Below are positions 61,581-64,000 of a stretch of DNA of 64,000 nt, piece after piece. Source of the DNA: Mustelus asterias. Lineage: Eukaryota. The translations under genes were made by a program, and so were the position numbers. Position 1 is the first letter of the stretch. Every line of letters begins with the position of its first letter. Below the pieces are notes generated by a model. The model made no database searches. It saw only the letters and a list, made by a program, of their open reading frames with translations, and was not told where the DNA came from. The stretch spans positions 12,276,001-12,340,000 of the forward strand of contig NC_135825.1 in NCBI RefSeq assembly GCF_964213995.1, read 5' to 3'.

Positions 61581-61891
61581 ATGTAAAACTCAGACCCATG
61601 TCTTTATATCAGTTTCCATGCTGCCTCTATCAGTGAGGTATTGACACAGCCTCTGGGGTAACTGGGGAATTAGGGCCACAACTTGTACATTCCTGAATTT
61701 AATTGCACATGCGCACCCTCTTTACCGCCTCATTTACCCCATAATAACAGTGAATGTTTGTTAACCTTCGCCGTTCCTCTCATTGGAAAATCCAGGTCAA
61801 TAATTCAATCCAGGAGAGAGTGAAACTCCAGAGTTTATAATTGTTCACATTCTGGGCCAGGGAGGCTGATGTTACGAGACTGAACATTCTC

Positions 61892-62372
61892 GAACATAGA
61901 ACATAGAACAGTACAGCACAGAACAGGCCCTTCGGCCCACAATGTTGTGCCGAGCTTTATCTGAAACCAAGATCAAGCTATCCCTCTCCCTATCATCCTG
62001 GTGTGCTCCATGTGCCTATCCAATAACCGCTTAAATGTTCCTAAAGTGTCTGACTCCACAATCACTGCAGGCAGTCCATTCCACACCCCAACCACTCTCT
62101 GCGTAAAGAACCTACCTCTGATATCCTTCCTGTACTCCCACCATGAACCTTATAGTTATGCCCACTTGTAATAGCTCCATCCACCCGAGGAAATAGTCTT
62201 TGAACGTTCACTCTATCTATCCCTTTCATCATTTTATAAACCTCTATTAAGTCTCCCCTCAGCCTCCTCCGCTCCAGAGAGAACAGCCCTAGCTCCCTCA
62301 ACCTTTCCTCATAAGACCTACCCTCCAAACCAGGCAGCATCCTGGTAAATCTCCTCTGCACTCTTTCCAGCC
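61892..62372 (-). mobile_element. CR1-type LINE 3' end inserted only upstream of gene C
   Basis: LERVQRRFTRMLPGLEG..RRLRGDLIEVYK peptide and (TTCTATG)n tail; the site is empty near 26105 and 18895. Confidence 0.88.
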
Positions 62373-62958
62373 TGTTTATTTGGTATTTATTTGGCAAATG
62401 TCACAATTTCATCAAAGTCAGGGCGGGTTTAAGAATGATCCACCATTTTCTCAAAGCTAATGGAGGAGGCGTAAAAAGCAGCCAATAACTTGTAATTATT
62501 TTGATATCTCTTCATTGTCTCAGTTCATTGGCCAGTTTACACACTGTGGTATTTTCAGCAAATTCTGGGTGTTTCTGTTTTCAGCAACAGTGCAGGAAGT
62601 GTCAGGGTGAATCACACCTCCCATGATATCAACAACCACACTGAGCGACACTGTCAAAGCCGGACAGTAACTGTCCACAGATCACCAAAGAGGCAGATGT
62701 AGAGCTGTGCCTGCTGGAACAAGGAGATCAGCAGCTAAAAGGGATCTTTAGAGCTGGCACAACCAGTGATAGCAGTGGCCAGCTGGGACCTCCATTCTGG
62801 AGCTTTCTGAAGGGTGGAATTTCCTGAGGCCTGGCTTGCTACTTTCTTCAATCTTATTTCAATTCCGTATCAGATTTTATTGGATCCGCCTTTCAACATC
62901 TCAACAAAGAGCTGGGTGACAGACGATAAATACTGATCGAAACATTGCCAAGATAACA

Positions 62959-62995
62959 ATGTGGATTCTGATTCTTGTCATCTTTTCTCTGCCTG
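62959..62995 (+). CDS. Gene C exon 1, signal peptide (MWILILVIFSLP); the rest of the gene lies beyond the window
   Basis: Third copy of the leader exon with intact ATG and G|GTGAGT donor; the flanks match those of genes A and B. Confidence 0.8.
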
Positions 62996-64000
62996 GTGAG
63001 TAAGGGACAAAAATGGATCCCGAGATGATGAGTGTTAGATTAAGTCTAGTGCATGGTTTATCCCGCAGAGATATTTAAATACTTGGAGACATGTAAAGCT
63101 ACAAAAACTCAGCAAAAATAAATTAATGAATTTGTGTGATATTTGTAGCTATTTTGTTGATAGTATTGTACCACAGAAATATTTACCCAGCAAATAGTAA
63201 ACAGCATTATTGATTGTGAATATAAATTAACCTATTTATTTTTGTTAAAAAGCGATATGATTCATATAATTAAAATGCAGAAGCAACACATTTCAGTCCA
63301 GTAAAAGTTAACTTGTTAATGTAGTTTCATGCTCAATATATCCTGGAGACTGGAGGGTTTGATTGGCTCAGTTGTTTGGAGTGCAATGCAGAATGATTCC
63401 AATGGCAGGAGTTCAATCCTCAGAGCGGCTGTGGTAGTTTATGGAAATCTGCCTCCTCACCTTTCCCCATTCCTGTGGAGTGGTGCCCCCCACACTAAAT
63501 GTAACCAATTATCTCTCCCTAATGTTGAGAGATGCCTGTGACCCATTGCAGATTATTGCTCATTGAATTGACTCTGAAGACTGCAGAGGCAACAAAGGCT
63601 CCAGGAAAATATTCCTCAAGTTTGCAATTGTTTCTATTATTTAAATTACATCTGATGAAAGTTTTATCAATCTCTGTCAGTGAGTCTGTTTCATAGAATC
63701 CCTACAGTGCACAAGGAGGCCATTCGGCCCATTGAGTCTGCATCAAAGAGCGTGTTACCCATGCCCGTAACGCCACATATTTGCCTCATTAATTTTCTTA
63801 ACCTATACATCTTGGGACAATAAGGGGCGATTTAGCATGGCCAATCAACCTAAACTGAACATCTTTGCAGTGTGGGAGGAAACTGGAGTACCCAGAGGAG
63901 ACCCACACAGAAATAGGGAGAAGGTGCAAACTCCACACAGACAGTCAGCCGAGGCTGGAATTGAACCCGGGTCCCTGGCGCAGTAAGGTAGCAGTGCTCA

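Larger units (their letters stand above)
59230..64000 (+). repeat. Direct segmental duplicate of about 23270-27250 (upstream region, leader and intron 1 of gene C)
   Basis: Long near-identical stretches, e.g. 60935-61450 versus 25213-25730, and duplicated ORF-track peptides. Confidence 0.88.

Overview
This is eukaryotic (vertebrate) genomic DNA. HE1-type SINEs, CR1 LINE tails, Penelope-like and Harbinger-type repeats point to a cartilaginous fish, probably a shark. The window is a palindromic, segmentally duplicated cluster of spliced Ig-superfamily receptor genes. These combine pIgR/CD300-type V domains with FcR-like/PECAM-like C2 domains and a transmembrane helix carrying an N-x-x-R motif. 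Gene A (minus strand, about 18302 to 4393) is predicted as L-V-C2-C2-TM-short tail (about 392 aa). Gene B (plus strand, about 26582 to 43736) is predicted as L-V-C2-V-C2-V-C2-TM-short tail (about 706 aa). They sit head-to-head in a large inverted duplication. Gene C begins at 62959 (leader exon only in the window), and an upstream-region remnant near 440-555 hints at a fourth copy off the left edge. The window also holds a very young full-length Ty3/Gypsy LTR retrotransposon (53785-58504; LTRs differ at 1 of 294 nt) with a YLDN RT motif and no tRNA primer site, but a self-complementary 14-mer instead. Other elements are Penelope-like inserts with minimal hammerhead ribozyme motifs, decayed Harbinger transposons, satellites and two assembly gaps. 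Exon models were read by eye from splice signals and frame; the cytoplasmic exon and many repeat boundaries are approximate.
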